DNA of 64,000 nucleotides from Scenedesmus sp. PABB004 (Eukaryota): NCBI GenBank assembly GCA_014905635.1, contig JABVCE010000013.1, positions 1,054,001 to 1,118,000 of the forward strand, read 5' to 3'. Shown piece by piece: positions 12,401 to 23,970 of this stretch (position 1 is its first letter; each line of letters starts with the position of its first letter). The notes under the pieces were generated by a model. It saw only the letters and a program-made list of their open reading frames with translations, ran no database searches and was not told where the DNA came from. The position numbers and the translations under genes were made by a program.

Positions 12401-14695
12401 TGCCGGGGCCGCCCACGGCGTGCAGGTTGAGCGGCAGCGTGGCGGTGAGGTCGCCGGGCGTGTAACCGGCGATCATGTAGCCGGGCAGCAGCTCTGCGTG
12501 GTGCGGCGCGGCGTGGCGCGGCGTGGCGCGGTGGGCCGGCGGCGGCGTGCGCGTGGCGCGCTGCGAGCAGCGCCGCCCCGCGGCGCGCGCGGCGCTCACG
12601 GTTGCAGGCCTGCACGGAGGTCGCGCCCTTGATGGTCGTCGTCCAGCCGGTGGGGCAGCTCATGCACTGGATGGCCTTGATGTCAGTCACGAGCACCATG
12701 CCGGAGCGGTACGTGCCGACCGGGCACGTGATCGAGAGCCCGCCGTCCAGGTAGCGGCCGGGCGGCAGCTCTGCGCGGCGGCGCGTCGCCACGCGGTGGG
12801 CGTGTGGTGAGCTTGGCGCCGGGGCAGCGGCGAGCCGGCATGCAGCGGCCAGCAGCCGCCGCGGCACTCACGGCAGACTTTGTTCTTGTCGTCCTGCAGG
12901 TAGGGGTAGTTGGCGGGCGTCGCAAAGCCCGCCGGGCAGCGCACGCAGGTGACCAGGCGGTTGTACGGCCCCGGCGAGTAGGTGGAGTTGGTGCACTCCG
13001 GCGCAGGGTCGCCCGCCTTTTGGGGCAGCACGAAGCCGCCGCGCGCCCAGCAGTCGCTGCGCCGGCTCGAGCGCTCCGCCTTGGTGATGAGGCCGTCGTA
13101 GAGGGGCGGGTTGCAGGGGATGAGCTCGCCGGTGTTGATCGACGGAATGGCGGCGAGCCCGACGCTGCGCGGGCCGTTGTAGCCGGGGCAGAAGCTGTTG
13201 AGCGGGCAGGGGCGGCACTGGTACTGGTTGGTGGTCCCATCCTTCAGCGCCTGGTAAAAGCCCGGCCGGCACACTGCGGCGGAGGCAAAGGTCTGAGGGC
13301 GGGGGCGGCCGCGCGGCGCGCGCGCGCAGGGCTGGTGAGCGCGGGGCGCGCGGGGCGCGCGGGGCGGGCGCTCACCGCACTGCACGATGCTCGAGCCGTC
13401 GGGGCCGGTAATGCCGAGGTGCCCCGCCTGGCAGCGCAGGCAGACATAGGTGTCGCGGTTGTCCAGAGTGCGCACGGTGCAGCGCTTGGGCGCGCACGCG
13501 GCAATGGAGTCAGAGCACTGCGGCGGGCCCGGCGCGGGCTCCGGCGCCGGGGACGGCGCCGGGGGAGGGGGCGCGCCGCCGTTGACGACGGTGGTCCAGC
13601 GCTGCGCGGGGTCGTTCGCGTCGCAGGGCGCCGTCGAGACGTCGCCGACAAATGCACAGAACTGGTTTGCTGCGGAGCAGCTGGTCAGGCAACGGCCATT
13701 CGAAGCCGCGCGCAGCATGCGGCCGCTGAACTGGTCGGCCTCGCCGTCGTAGTACCTGCACGGGCGAGGCGAGGCGCGCACAAGGGTGAGACGCTGGCGC
13801 CCGCAGCCGCCGCGGCTGCGGCCATGCCCGGCGTCGCGGCGGGCGCAGCGCCGGGGAGGGCGGCGGCGGCGCGCGCACCAGCGCTGGTTGGGGGCATAGT
13901 GGCACGGGTAAACGATGACGTTGCCGTGGTCGGTGCCGCCGCACGTGACCCCGATGCACGCGTCTACGCAGTAGCCGCCGCTCTCGAGCGCGAACTGGCC
14001 GCCGCCGCGGTCGTTCATGGCCCAGTCTTGCAGCGCCGCGCCGCTGAGCGCCGGCTGGCTGTAGACGTTGTACACGGGCGGCCCGTCGACGACCCACCCT
14101 GCACACTCGGCAGACCTGCAGATCTGCATGACCCGGAACGTGGAGGGGTTCAGGAAACCGTTGACGCTGGGACCTGGGCGGGGCGGCACGGGCGGGGAGC
14201 GGGGCGGTCAGGCGCCGGCGGGTGGCGGCCGCCGCGACCGCGGCTGCGCAGCCTGCGTCCGCCGCGTGCGCGGCTGGCCGTCGCCGGCGCTCACTGAGGC
14301 AGGCCTTGATGGTCATGTCCCAGTTGAGCCCCTCCTGGCAGGTGCACGCGTAGCGGCCGTTGGCGAGGTTGACGCACCCCGTCGTGCCCGGGCGGCCGGT
14401 GCAGGGGTCGGTGGAGCATCCTGTGCGCGTGCAGGCGGCGCCCTGGGTCAGGGCGGCCTGGCAGGCAGGCCTGGCGGCCTGGCGCGCCGCCGAGCCGTGC
14501 GCTGCGCAGCGCGCGCTGCCCGCGCGGCCGCCGCCGCCGCTTCGCACCGCGCATCACCACCTCCTGCTGCAGAGTGCGGGGACGGCTCTGCAGGCCGTCG
14601 TCCTCCGCGAGCAGCGCGGCTGCGCGGGAGCAGGCCGCCGGCGCGACGAGGGCCAGCAGCACCAGCGTCGCGCAGGCCAGAGCCCGGCGCGCCAT
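9492..14695 (-). CDS. Secreted Cys-rich modular lectin, copy A: signal peptide, EGF-like, ricin-B lectin, Pro linker, CxxCPxG (GCC2/GCC3-like) repeats, PAN/apple-like modules
   Basis: MARRALACATLVLLALVAPAACS signal; 6-Cys EGF-like exon; QxW motifs (LQDW, NQRW, AQRW); many CxxCPxGxY repeats. Mirror of the 12-exon gene at 17867-23043. Confidence 0.88.
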
Positions 14696-15276
14696 GGCTC
14701 CTGGGCTGCTGATCTAGCTGCTGCGGAGTGGACTGGCAGCAGCGGTGGCGCGCGGCGGCTGGGGGCGAGGAGCGCCCGGCCCTTCGATGGGCGGGCCGAG
14801 TGCGAACAACCGGCGACGCTCGCGGCGGGCGCGCGAAACAGCCGGCACGGCCGCACGGCGGCTGGAGGTGAACGCGCAGATCCCGGTCGTGCGGGCCGCT
14901 GGCGGCGCAGTGGCACCGGCGCCCGGTGCCGCTGCTGCCGCGCGCGCGGGGCGCAGCGGCCGCGACCCAGGTCGGCGCGCAGCAAGCCTTGGTGTTCCTG
15001 TCGTGGCAGGCCGCCGATCTACCGCGCCCGTGCCGTGGCTGTGCACGCCGCAACCGCCGCTGCTGGACCCGCGCTGTGCGCGGCGTGCACCGTGTGTGTG
15101 GCACACGCCCCCGCAGCGCTCACTGCTCACCCAACGCTCGCCAAGCGCCCGCCGACATGCCAACGACGCAGCTTCGGCACGCCCCCGCCGCCGAGCCGCC
15201 CTGCTCAAGCCCGCGCTGCGCACGGGCGCCGCCGCCGCGCTCCCGGCCGGTCCTGCGCGCGCCGCGCGCTGCGCTC

Positions 15277-15729
15277 TCACGCGCCGCCCCCCGCCGGCAG
15301 CCGCACGCGCGCGTCGCCGGCCATGCTGTCCCAGTAGTCGGCCATGGCCGCCTCGCCAAACGCGTGCACCATCATGCCTGCCGCCTCTTCGCGCCGCGGG
15401 AAGCGCCGCCACGCCGCGCTCCGCGCAGCGAGCTCGGCCAGCAGCTGCGCGCCGGCGGGCGGGGAGGACGGCAGCGGGGTGAGCGGCGCTCGCAGGGAAT
15501 TCGCAGCCCGCCGCCACGCCGCGCGCGGGGCCGGCGCAGCGCGCGCGCCTGCTGCTGCGCCGCGGCGTCCGCGGGCACGGCGTCGGGGCCCGCCGCCGCC
15601 GCGAGCGCGCGCGCGTCCGCCGCGCTGTTGGAGCCGCCCGCCGCGAGCCAGGCCGCCCAGATCGCGACGGCCTCGTCCAGCACCCCCCGCGCCGCCGCAC
15701 GGCCCGCGTCGTCGCCCGTGACCTGGGCA

Positions 15730-15793
<64 letters not shown>

Positions 15794-17074
15794 GTGAGCC
15801 CGTGGCGCCAACGACGCGCCGCCTGCCTCCCTGCCGGGGCTCGGGCTCGGGCGCACGGCTCACGGCTCACATTGAAGAGAATCGCCGACGCGCTGCACGC
15901 GCGCACGTGCAGCGACGGGCTGGTGAAGCGGGCGAAGGCCGGCAGCGCCGCCGCCCGGGCCTCGAGGCCCATCCAGCTCTCGCCGCGCCCGGGCGGCGGC
16001 GCGGTGTAGTATGCGGCCAGGTAGCGCGGGTGCAGCGTCTGCGGCGGCGCGGCCGCGGCGGCGGCGCGGCGGCCGTCGGCGGTCGGGGCGGGGTCGCCGC
16101 CTCGGTCAGCCCGCTGCGCTGCGGCAGGGGCCGGCGCCGCGCCGCGCGCGCTGCGCCCGGCCGCGGCGCGTGCCGCGCGGCCGGCCGCACCAGGCTGAGC
16201 CGCGGGTCCATGTTGATGTACATCAGCAGGCGCCGCCCGTCGCCGCTGGTGCCCATCTCCAGCTCCAGGTGCGGCGTGAGGCAGTCGTCGGCGGTGAACA
16301 CGCTGCTCTTGCTGTAGCCAAACGACGGCTGCGCGCGGCGCGCGGCAAGACGCGCGCGGCGCGCTGGCGCCGAGCCCGGGCGCGCGGGCGGCGCGCCCGC
16401 AAAAAAAACACGCGCGGCGGCGCGCACCGCTATGGCAAACGTGTGGTGCGCCCAGTCGATGGGCGCCGGCCCCGTGAGCGTCTGCGGCGCGAGCACGGCC
16501 GCGTGGCACGCAGCGCCGCGCGGCCGCTGCTGCGCACGCCGCGGAGCTGCGCGCCCCGCCCAGCACGCCGGCTCGCGCAGGCCGACCGCGCGGCCGCGCC
16601 TGCACGCGCAGTGCCGCGGCGGGGCCCTCGCCCTGTGTGCGCCGCAGCAGCACGCCGGCGCCGTCGGAGACTGCCGTTGCGGCGCGCCGCAGCGGCGCCG
16701 CGCGCTGCACGGCGTCGTGCAGCGCCGCGTGCATTTCGACCAGGAACGAAAAGCCTGCGCGGGGGAGCCCAGCGCCGCCGTTCAGGTTGGTCGGCGGGCG
16801 CCCCAGGCAGCCCGAGCGCACGCCAGCAGCCAGGCGGCCCACCGGGCTGCGCCTCCAGGTGCGCCGCGAAGGCCGGCTCGGCCGCGAGCTCCGCCAGCAG
16901 CAGCTCCGCGCCCGCCGGCGCAGCCTGCGCGCCGCGCGCGGCCGCGCCTCCCATGGCGACAGGACTGCGCCAGGCGCACCTGCGCGGGCCGTGGAGGCGG
17001 CAGAGCGCGCTGCGGGCCTCCGCGGCGTGGCGCCGCTGCGCCGCCAGGCTGCCGCCGCTGCTGCTGCCGCGCAT
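15277..17074 (-). CDS. RCCR: Red chlorophyll catabolite reductase-like protein (RCCR/ACD2, ferredoxin-dependent bilin reductase family); start codon uncertain
   Basis: Spliced exons give GPAPIDWAHH..., TPHLELEMG...LLMYINMDPRLSL|TLHPRYLAAYY...FARFTSPSLHVRACSASAILF..., ELAARSAAWRR...MMVHAFGEAAM. These align by eye with the plant RCCR motifs PIDF, APNFVVE, RKDLVLNPDYLKEYY, YVSPSLFVRS and PRMFGEE. It occupies the palindrome loop. Confidence 0.8.
15730..15792. repeat. (GCG)21 trinucleotide repeat in an RCCR intron, next to the 3' splice site
   Basis: Perfect run read directly from the sequence. Confidence 0.9.
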
Positions 17075-17866
17075 CCTGCCGGCGGCACGGCGACGACCGC
17101 TGCGGTGGTCCGCGCTCCGTGCGGGCACGGCGGTGCGGCGTGTCGCGGGCGGATGAGGCAGGGGGGACCGGGGGCGACGCAGGGGCCGGAACAGGGTTGC
17201 GGTTGCTGCGGTTGCGGGCGCCGGCAGCCCGTCGGTACACCGGGGGCCTGTGGCGCCCACAGGCTGAGCACGCGCACCGCGCCGCGACCTGCCGCGCCCC
17301 GGCCCCCGGACTGGCTGCCGCGGCGCCGCACCCGCCGCGCGAGCAGCGGGCGGCACCGCGCCGCGGCGGCGGCACCGGCGGTGCGTGCGCCCGGCGCACG
17401 GGCTTTTTCGGCTGTGATGTTCGACATGCGCAGATGCTGAGCGACCCGGGGCCGCTCAACCGCGTGGATCCGCGGTCCCGCCCGATCGTCGAGCACCGAG
17501 GCTGGGAGAAGAGCTGCACGGCTTCTCGTGCGCCCTCGTCGCCATCACCGCGGCACTTGAGGACTTTTGAGCGGCCGCGCTGGCTGTTTGGCGCCGCTGC
17601 GTCGCCACGGGGCCGCGGTCCGCCCATCGACCGCCCCGACGAACGCACGGTCGGCGCCGGTCCCCGCGCGCGCGCCTGCCACGGTGAAAGCGCTTGGCCT
17701 GCTCCCGCCGTCGCTATTGCGGCACCTTCTCCCGCGCGCGTCGACGTTCCAGCTAGGAGCACGAGCACGCCCAAGCGGCGACCGCGACGCTCCTCGCCCC
17801 CAGCCGCCGCGCGCCACCGCTGCTGCCAGTCCACTCCGCAGCAGCTAGATCAGCAGCCCAGGCGCC

Positions 17867-20800
17867 ATGGCGCGCCGCGCTCTGGCCTGCGCGACGCTGG
17901 TGCTGCTGGCCCTCGTCGCGCCGGCGGCCTGCTCCCGCGCAGCCGCGCTGCTCGCGGAGGACGACGGCCTGCAGAGCCGCCCCCGCACCCTGCAGCAGGA
18001 GGTGGTGATGCGCGGTGCGAAGCGGCGGCGGCGGCCGCGCGGAGCTTCGCCTAGCGCCATGCGTGGCGCGCCAGGCCGCCAGGCCTGCCTGCCAGGCCGC
18101 CCTGACCCAGGGCGCCGCCTGCACGCTCCCAGGATGCTCCACCGACCCCTGCACCGGCCGCCCGGGCACGACGGGGTGCGTCAACCTCGCCAACGGCCGC
18201 TACGCGTGCACCTGCCAGGAGGGGCTCAACTGGGACATGACCATCAAGGCCTGCCTCAGTGAGCGCCGGCGACGGCCAGCCGCGCACGCGGCGGACGCAG
18301 GCTGCGCAGCCGCGGCGGCCGCACTGCCGGCGCCTGACCGCCCCGCTCCCCGTGCCGCCTCGCCTCAGGTCCCAGCATCAACGGCTTCCTGAACCCCTCC
18401 ACGTTCCGGGTCATGCAGGTCTGCCGCTCCGCCGCCTGCCAGGGCTGGGTCGTCGTAGGCGGCCTGTATAACGTCTACAGCCAGCCGGCAAGCAGCGGCA
18501 CGGCGCTGCAGGACTGGACCGTGAACGACCGCGGCAACGGCCAGTTTGCGCTCGAGAGCGCGGGCAGCTGCGTCGACATCTGCTCCGGGCCCGAGTGCGG
18601 CACCCAGCACGGCAACATCATCTTTTACCCGTGCCACTACGGCGCCAACCAGCGCTGGTGCGCGCGTCGCCGCCCTCCTCAGCCGCGGCGCGCCCGCCGC
18701 GCCGCCGGGCACGCAGCCGCTGCGACGACTGCGGATCGCAGCAGCTCACCCTTGTGCGCGCCTCGCCTCGCCCGTGCAGGTACTACGACGGCGAGGCCGA
18801 CCAGTACAGCGGCCGCATGCTGCGCGCGGTCTCGACCGGCCGCTGCCTGACCAGCTGCCCCAAGGCGAATGACTACTGCGCGTTTGCCGGTGACGTCTCG
18901 ACGGCGCCCTGCGACGCGAACGACCCCGCGCAGCGCTGGACCACCGTCGTCAACGGCGGCGCGCCCCCTCCCCCGGAGCCGTCCCCGGCGCCGGAGCCCG
19001 CGCCGGGCCCGCCGCAGTGCTCTGACTCCATTGCCGCGTGCGCGCCCAAGCGCTGCACCGTGCGCACTCTGGACAACCGCGACACCTATGTCTGCCTGCG
19101 CTGCCAGGCGGGGCACCTCGGCATTACCGGCCCCGACGGCTCGAGCATCGTGCAGTGCGGTGAGCGCCCGCCCCGCGCGCCCCGCGCGCCCCGCGCTCAC
19201 CAGCCCTGCGCGCGCGCGCCGCGCGGCCGCCCCCGCCCTCAGACCTTTGCCTCCGCCGCAGTGTGCCGGCCGGGCTTTTACCAGGCGCTGAAGGACGGGA
19301 CCACCAACCAGTACCAGTGCCGCCCCTGCCCGCTCAACAGCTTCTGCCCCGGCTACAACGGCCCGCGCAGCGTCGGGCTCGCCGCCATTCCGTCGATCAA
19401 CACCGGCGAGCTCATCCCCTGCAACCCGCCCCTCTACGACGGCCTCATCACCAAGGCGGAGCGCTCGAGCCGGCGCAGCGACTGCTGGGCGCGCGGCGGC
19501 TTCGTGCTGCCCCAAAAGGCGGGCGACCCTGCGCCGGAGTGCACCAACTCCACCTACTCGCCGGGGCCGTACAACCGCCTGGTCACCTGCGTGCGCTGCC
19601 CGGCGGGCTTTGCGACGCCCGCCAACTACCCCTACCTGCAGGACGACAAGAACAAAGTCTGCCGTGAGTGCCGCGGCGGCTGCTGGCCGCTGCATGCCGG
19701 CTCGCCGCTGCCCCGGCGCCAAGCTCACCACACGCCCACCGCGTGGCGACGCGCCGCCGCGCAGAGCTGCCGCCCGGCCGCTACCTGGACGGCGGGCTCT
19801 CGATCACGTGCCCGGTCGGCACGTACCGCTCCGGCATGGTGCTCGTGACTGACATCAAGGCCATCCAGTGCATGAGCTGCCCCACCGGCTGGACGACGAC
19901 CATCAAGGGCGCGACCTCCGTGCAGGCCTGCAACCGTGAGCGCCGCGCGCGCCGCGGGGCGGCGCTGCTCGCAGCGCGCCACGCGCACGCCGCCGCCGGC
20001 CCACCGCGCCACGCCGCGCCACGCCGCGCCGCACCACGCAGAGCTGCTGCCCGGCTACATGATCGCCGGTTACACGCCCGGCGACCTCACCGCCACGCTG
20101 CCGCTCAACCTGCACGCCGTGGGCGGCCCCGGCAACCCCACCAACGTCAGCTTTTGCCCGATCGGCTTCTTCGGCAACGGCACCACCCTGGCCTGCATCC
20201 GCTGCCCCTCGGCCGCCACCACGCGCGACGTGGGCTCCACGACCGCCGACGACTGCGGTGCGCGCGGCCGCGCGGCGCTGCCCGCCGCCTACCCCGCCGC
20301 GCTCGCGCGCTGCCGCCGCCGCGCCCTGCCGCCGCGGGCCGCCGACCGCGCTGCCGCGCGCTTGCGCAGCGGTCCCGCCCGGCTACTACATCAAGACCGC
20401 GCCCGGCGCGGCGCCGCGGCTCGACAAGTGCGTGACGGACGTCGCGACCGGGCAGGGCTACTACCGCACCGGCTGGGTGGCCGTGTCCGAGGCGAGCGGC
20501 GCCGACAGCGCGGCCGCGTGCACGGCGTGCGGCAAGGACATCCTGGCGGCGCTCGTGGACGTCGACGAGGCCTCTGCCGGCCTCGTGCCGAACGACCCGC
20601 GCCCCGGCTACGTCGCGTCCACGTCCACCGCCTGCTGTGAGCACCGGCGCCGGCGCCCGCCCCGGGCGCGCGCCTCACGCGCGCAGCGCCGCGCCCGCGG
20701 CCGTCGCTGACTCGCCTTGCCGCGCCGCCGGCTCGCCGCCCATGCGCAGACATCCTGCCGGGCTGGGGCATGGGCCTGGACACGTCCCTGTTTGCCAACG

Positions 20801-23043
20801 GCACGTACAACGCGTACATGGCGATCAAGCCCTGCCCCGCCAACATGTATGGCGCGGTCACCACGGTCTACGGCCTCGGCGCAGCGCCGTGCAAGCCCTG
20901 CCCGAGCAACCTGCTCTCGGCGCCGGGCTCGGCGGGCTTCAACGACTGCAAGAACCCCAAGGGCTACAGTTACACCAGCGAGGGCGCCAACCAGTGCCCC
21001 GACAACTCGTACGCGCCCAAGGGCCGCATGGGGCCGTGCCAGCTCTGCCCCGACGGCCGCGTGACCGCGTACGTGCCCGGCAACGGCACCTTCCAGGCCT
21101 CCGTGCGCGACTGCAAGGTCCCGCCCGGGTACGGCGTCTTCTCCAACGACGCGGCGCAGCCCTGGGCGCCGGCCAACGCGGACGCGAGCATGCCCGCTGT
21201 GGCCTGCCCTGCCGGCCTCTACCAGCCCGGAGACAGCGATGCCGGCCAGCCCAGCCGCAACCCCACCTGCCTCCCCTGCCCGCGCGGGCAGTGGTCGTCC
21301 GCCGCCGGCTCGGCCGCCTGCGACGGTGAGCGCCGCGGCCGCGCGCCGCCACGCTGTGCGGTGCTGGCCTCGGGCGCTCGCCGCGCCCTGTCCGGCCGCC
21401 CGCTCACCTCTCTCTGCCTCTCGTCCCTGTTGTTTGTCCGCGCGTCCCGCAGTGTGCGCGCCTGGCTGGGGCATCCCGTCGTCCAAGCCCAACAGCACGA
21501 GCACGAGCGACTGCGCGCCCTGCGAGAGCGGCAAGACGCAGGACGGCAGCAGCCTGTGGTGCTCGGCCTGCCCCTCCACGGCGTTCAACCACCCCGTGGG
21601 TGACAAGTACACGTCCTACGGTGTGACCTTCACCTCCGCGACCGGCGTGGACGGCTGCGTGCCGCGCTACGCGCAGCTGCCGGCGCCCGCCGGCGCGCGC
21701 CTGGCGCTGCCGGACTCGCTCTTTGCCGTCGACGCCGGCGCGGCCGACATGGCGGCCTGCATGGCCGCGTGCGACCCGAGCCAGTGCTGCGTGGTGCAGT
21801 GGGAGGCCGGCGGCGCGGGCACGTGCAAGCGCGCCGAGCTCGCGCCCGTGGGCCCCGCCTACTCTGGCGCGGCGTTCTTCTACAAGCCGCCGCCGAGCCA
21901 GCTCGTGGCCGGCGCGAGCGCCGACAAGGTCACCGCAAAGACGACGCAGCAGACCGGCGCCGGCGCGTTTGCGCGCTGCGCGATGGGCGCGCCCATGGCC
22001 GCGCTCGCGGCGGCGGGCAAGGTCGGCACGCCGCCGGACCGGGCGCTGGTGGAGGCGGTGGACGCGGTGTCGTGGGGCGAGTGCGCCGACGAGGCCGCCT
22101 GCGCCGCCAAGTGCGCCACCAACGCGGCGTGCTGGGGCTGGATCTACGTCCCCGGCAAGGGCTTTGCGCTGCGCGGCGGCGAGGACCAGATCGGCGTGCG
22201 CAGCTGGTTTGCGAGCCCCGACTGGGGCCGCGCCGACCTCAGCCGCGCGCCGGACGCCAAGTGCCCCGCCGGCACGGGCGGCCTGTTCACGTGCGAGCAG
22301 CGCTGCCCCGCCGGCACCTACAACGACGGCACCTTCCGGGACTGCGAGCCCTGCCCTGCCGGCACCAGCTCGGCGGCCGGCGCGCGCGCGCTGGCGGAGT
22401 GTGTCGCCGTCCCCCGGACAAGTGAGTGTGCGCTGCCGCGCGCACGCGCCTGCTGACGTGTGCGCGCCACCCCCCGCGGCGGCCCACGCGCACTCGTCCC
22501 GGCCCGCCCGCTGACCCCGCCGCCCGCCACGCCCGCCGCTGCGCAGCCTGCAACGCCGGCTACGGCGGCGCGCCGGCGTGCACGACGCAGTGCGCGCCCG
22601 GCACGTTCAACAACGGCATGTTTGGCAGCTGCCAGGCCTGCGACGCGGACGAGACCTCACAGGCGGGCGCGAGCTTCTGCACGCCGCTGGCTGCGTCTGG
22701 TGAGCATCTGCGCTGCGGCGTCAGGGCAGCACAGCGGCGGCGCGCGGCGCAGCGCAGCACAGCGCAGCGCAGCGCAGCGCAGCGCGCGCTTTCCCACGCA
22801 CTGCTCTGCCGGCAGCGCTGACGCCCGCCCTGCCCGCCTCGCGCCGCAGTCTGCGACGCTGGTTACGGTGACGCCGCGGGCGCCAAGGAGCCCTGCACGC
22901 TGCACTGCCGCAGCCAGAGCCCGCCCGCCTTCAACGACGGCACCACCGACGCCTGCCGCGCGTGCCCGGCGGGCCAGGAGCCAAACAACAAGGGCACCGC
23001 GTGCGTCGCGCCCAACAGCCAGCTGCCGGGCGCGCAGGGCTGA
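17867..23043 (+). CDS. Secreted Cys-rich modular lectin, copy B (~1300 aa, 12 exons): signal peptide, EGF-like, ricin-B, Pro linker, GCC2/GCC3-like repeats, two PAN/apple-like modules, Cys-rich tail; no transmembrane segment
   Basis: Approximate exons 17867-18014, 18133-18258, 18369-18657, 18780-19159, 19262-19663, 19765-19935, 20042-20257, 20370-20636, 20750-21325, 21453-22421, 22548-22699, 22850-23043. All introns are GT-AG and the exons splice in frame. Ends ...CVAPNSQLPGAQG*. Confidence 0.9.
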
Positions 23044-23970
23044 GAGCGCTCGGCGGCGCGGAATAACGTGCCGACAGGGGGCCCAGGTTGACCGCAGCGT
23101 TGGAGCCCGCGCCAAGGAGTCTCTGCGCATCGAGTCTCCTCGGCACACGCGCGGCCGACGCCATGGCGAGGCCCCTTTGAACGACTGCGGGCCCGCGGCC
23201 GCGTCGGGTGGCCTCGTGCGGCAGCACGCGTTGCATAATGCGGCCGGGCCACGCGGCCAGCGCCGCGTCCTAAAGCCCTGCTTTTTTTCTGGCTGCGGCC
23301 CAAGAGGCGCGTCACGGGGCGTCTTGCGGCGACGCGAGTTGCACCACGTACGTCGCAGGGCTGGGCGTGCCTGCACAGCAGCCGCCTGCACGAACGCCCA
23401 ACAGGCGCGCAGTGCGGGCATGGATAAACCTTCCAGCTGGGGTGGGTGGGGCAAACACCATGGTTTCTTTCCTTGTCAAGCGCGCGTCTGTGGGTGTCGG
23501 GCGGGGGCTTTAGCTGCATTCAGTTGAGCTAGCTGGAGGGCGCACCAGCTACCATGTGCAGCCTCATTAGTCCGGCCTTCTTTTCTTACTTACCCTTACC
23601 AGACAGAAACGCGGAGAAGGTATATGCGGGCACCTGTGCGGAGCAGGCACGTGCCTGTGCCCTGCAGGCGTGCGCCCAGCGTCATTCCCTTCTTCTTGCC
23701 TTGGCCGCGCATTCCCTTGCTTGCGCGCTCATCCCCTTGCTTCATCCGCTTGCGGCTGTGGCTGTGGCTGAGTGGTCCTGGAACTCTGACTGATCCTCGA
23801 ACCTGGCTTGCCCCTCTTGATCGGGGGCTCGCCAGCTTGCGCTGGCCGGACCGCGAACGAACGGGTCTGGCGGCTGCACGTCGTACGGCGTGATGTGTCA
23901 CTTAACACACATCGCCTCGCAACTCAACCGTCACCGACCGAGGGCCACACGCGCGCCCCCTCAGCTCAGC

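Larger units (their letters stand above)
5996..14774. repeat. Left arm (~8.8 kb) of a large inverted segmental duplication (palindrome)
   Basis: Reverse complement matches 17788-26517. Outer end gccgccgggcggcagcgctgcaagg (5996) mirrors ccttgcagcgctgccgcccggcggc (to 26517). Inner end ...gggggcgaggagcg (14774) mirrors cgctcctcgccccc (from 17788). Mirror ORFs are identical or nearly so (e.g. 10932..11765- vs 20770..21603+). Confidence 0.97.

Noticed and set aside
13640..18895. Diversity-generating retroelement-like variable/template repeat pair
   Set aside because: The differences are not adenine-specific, include indels and intron changes, and there is no reverse transcriptase nearby.
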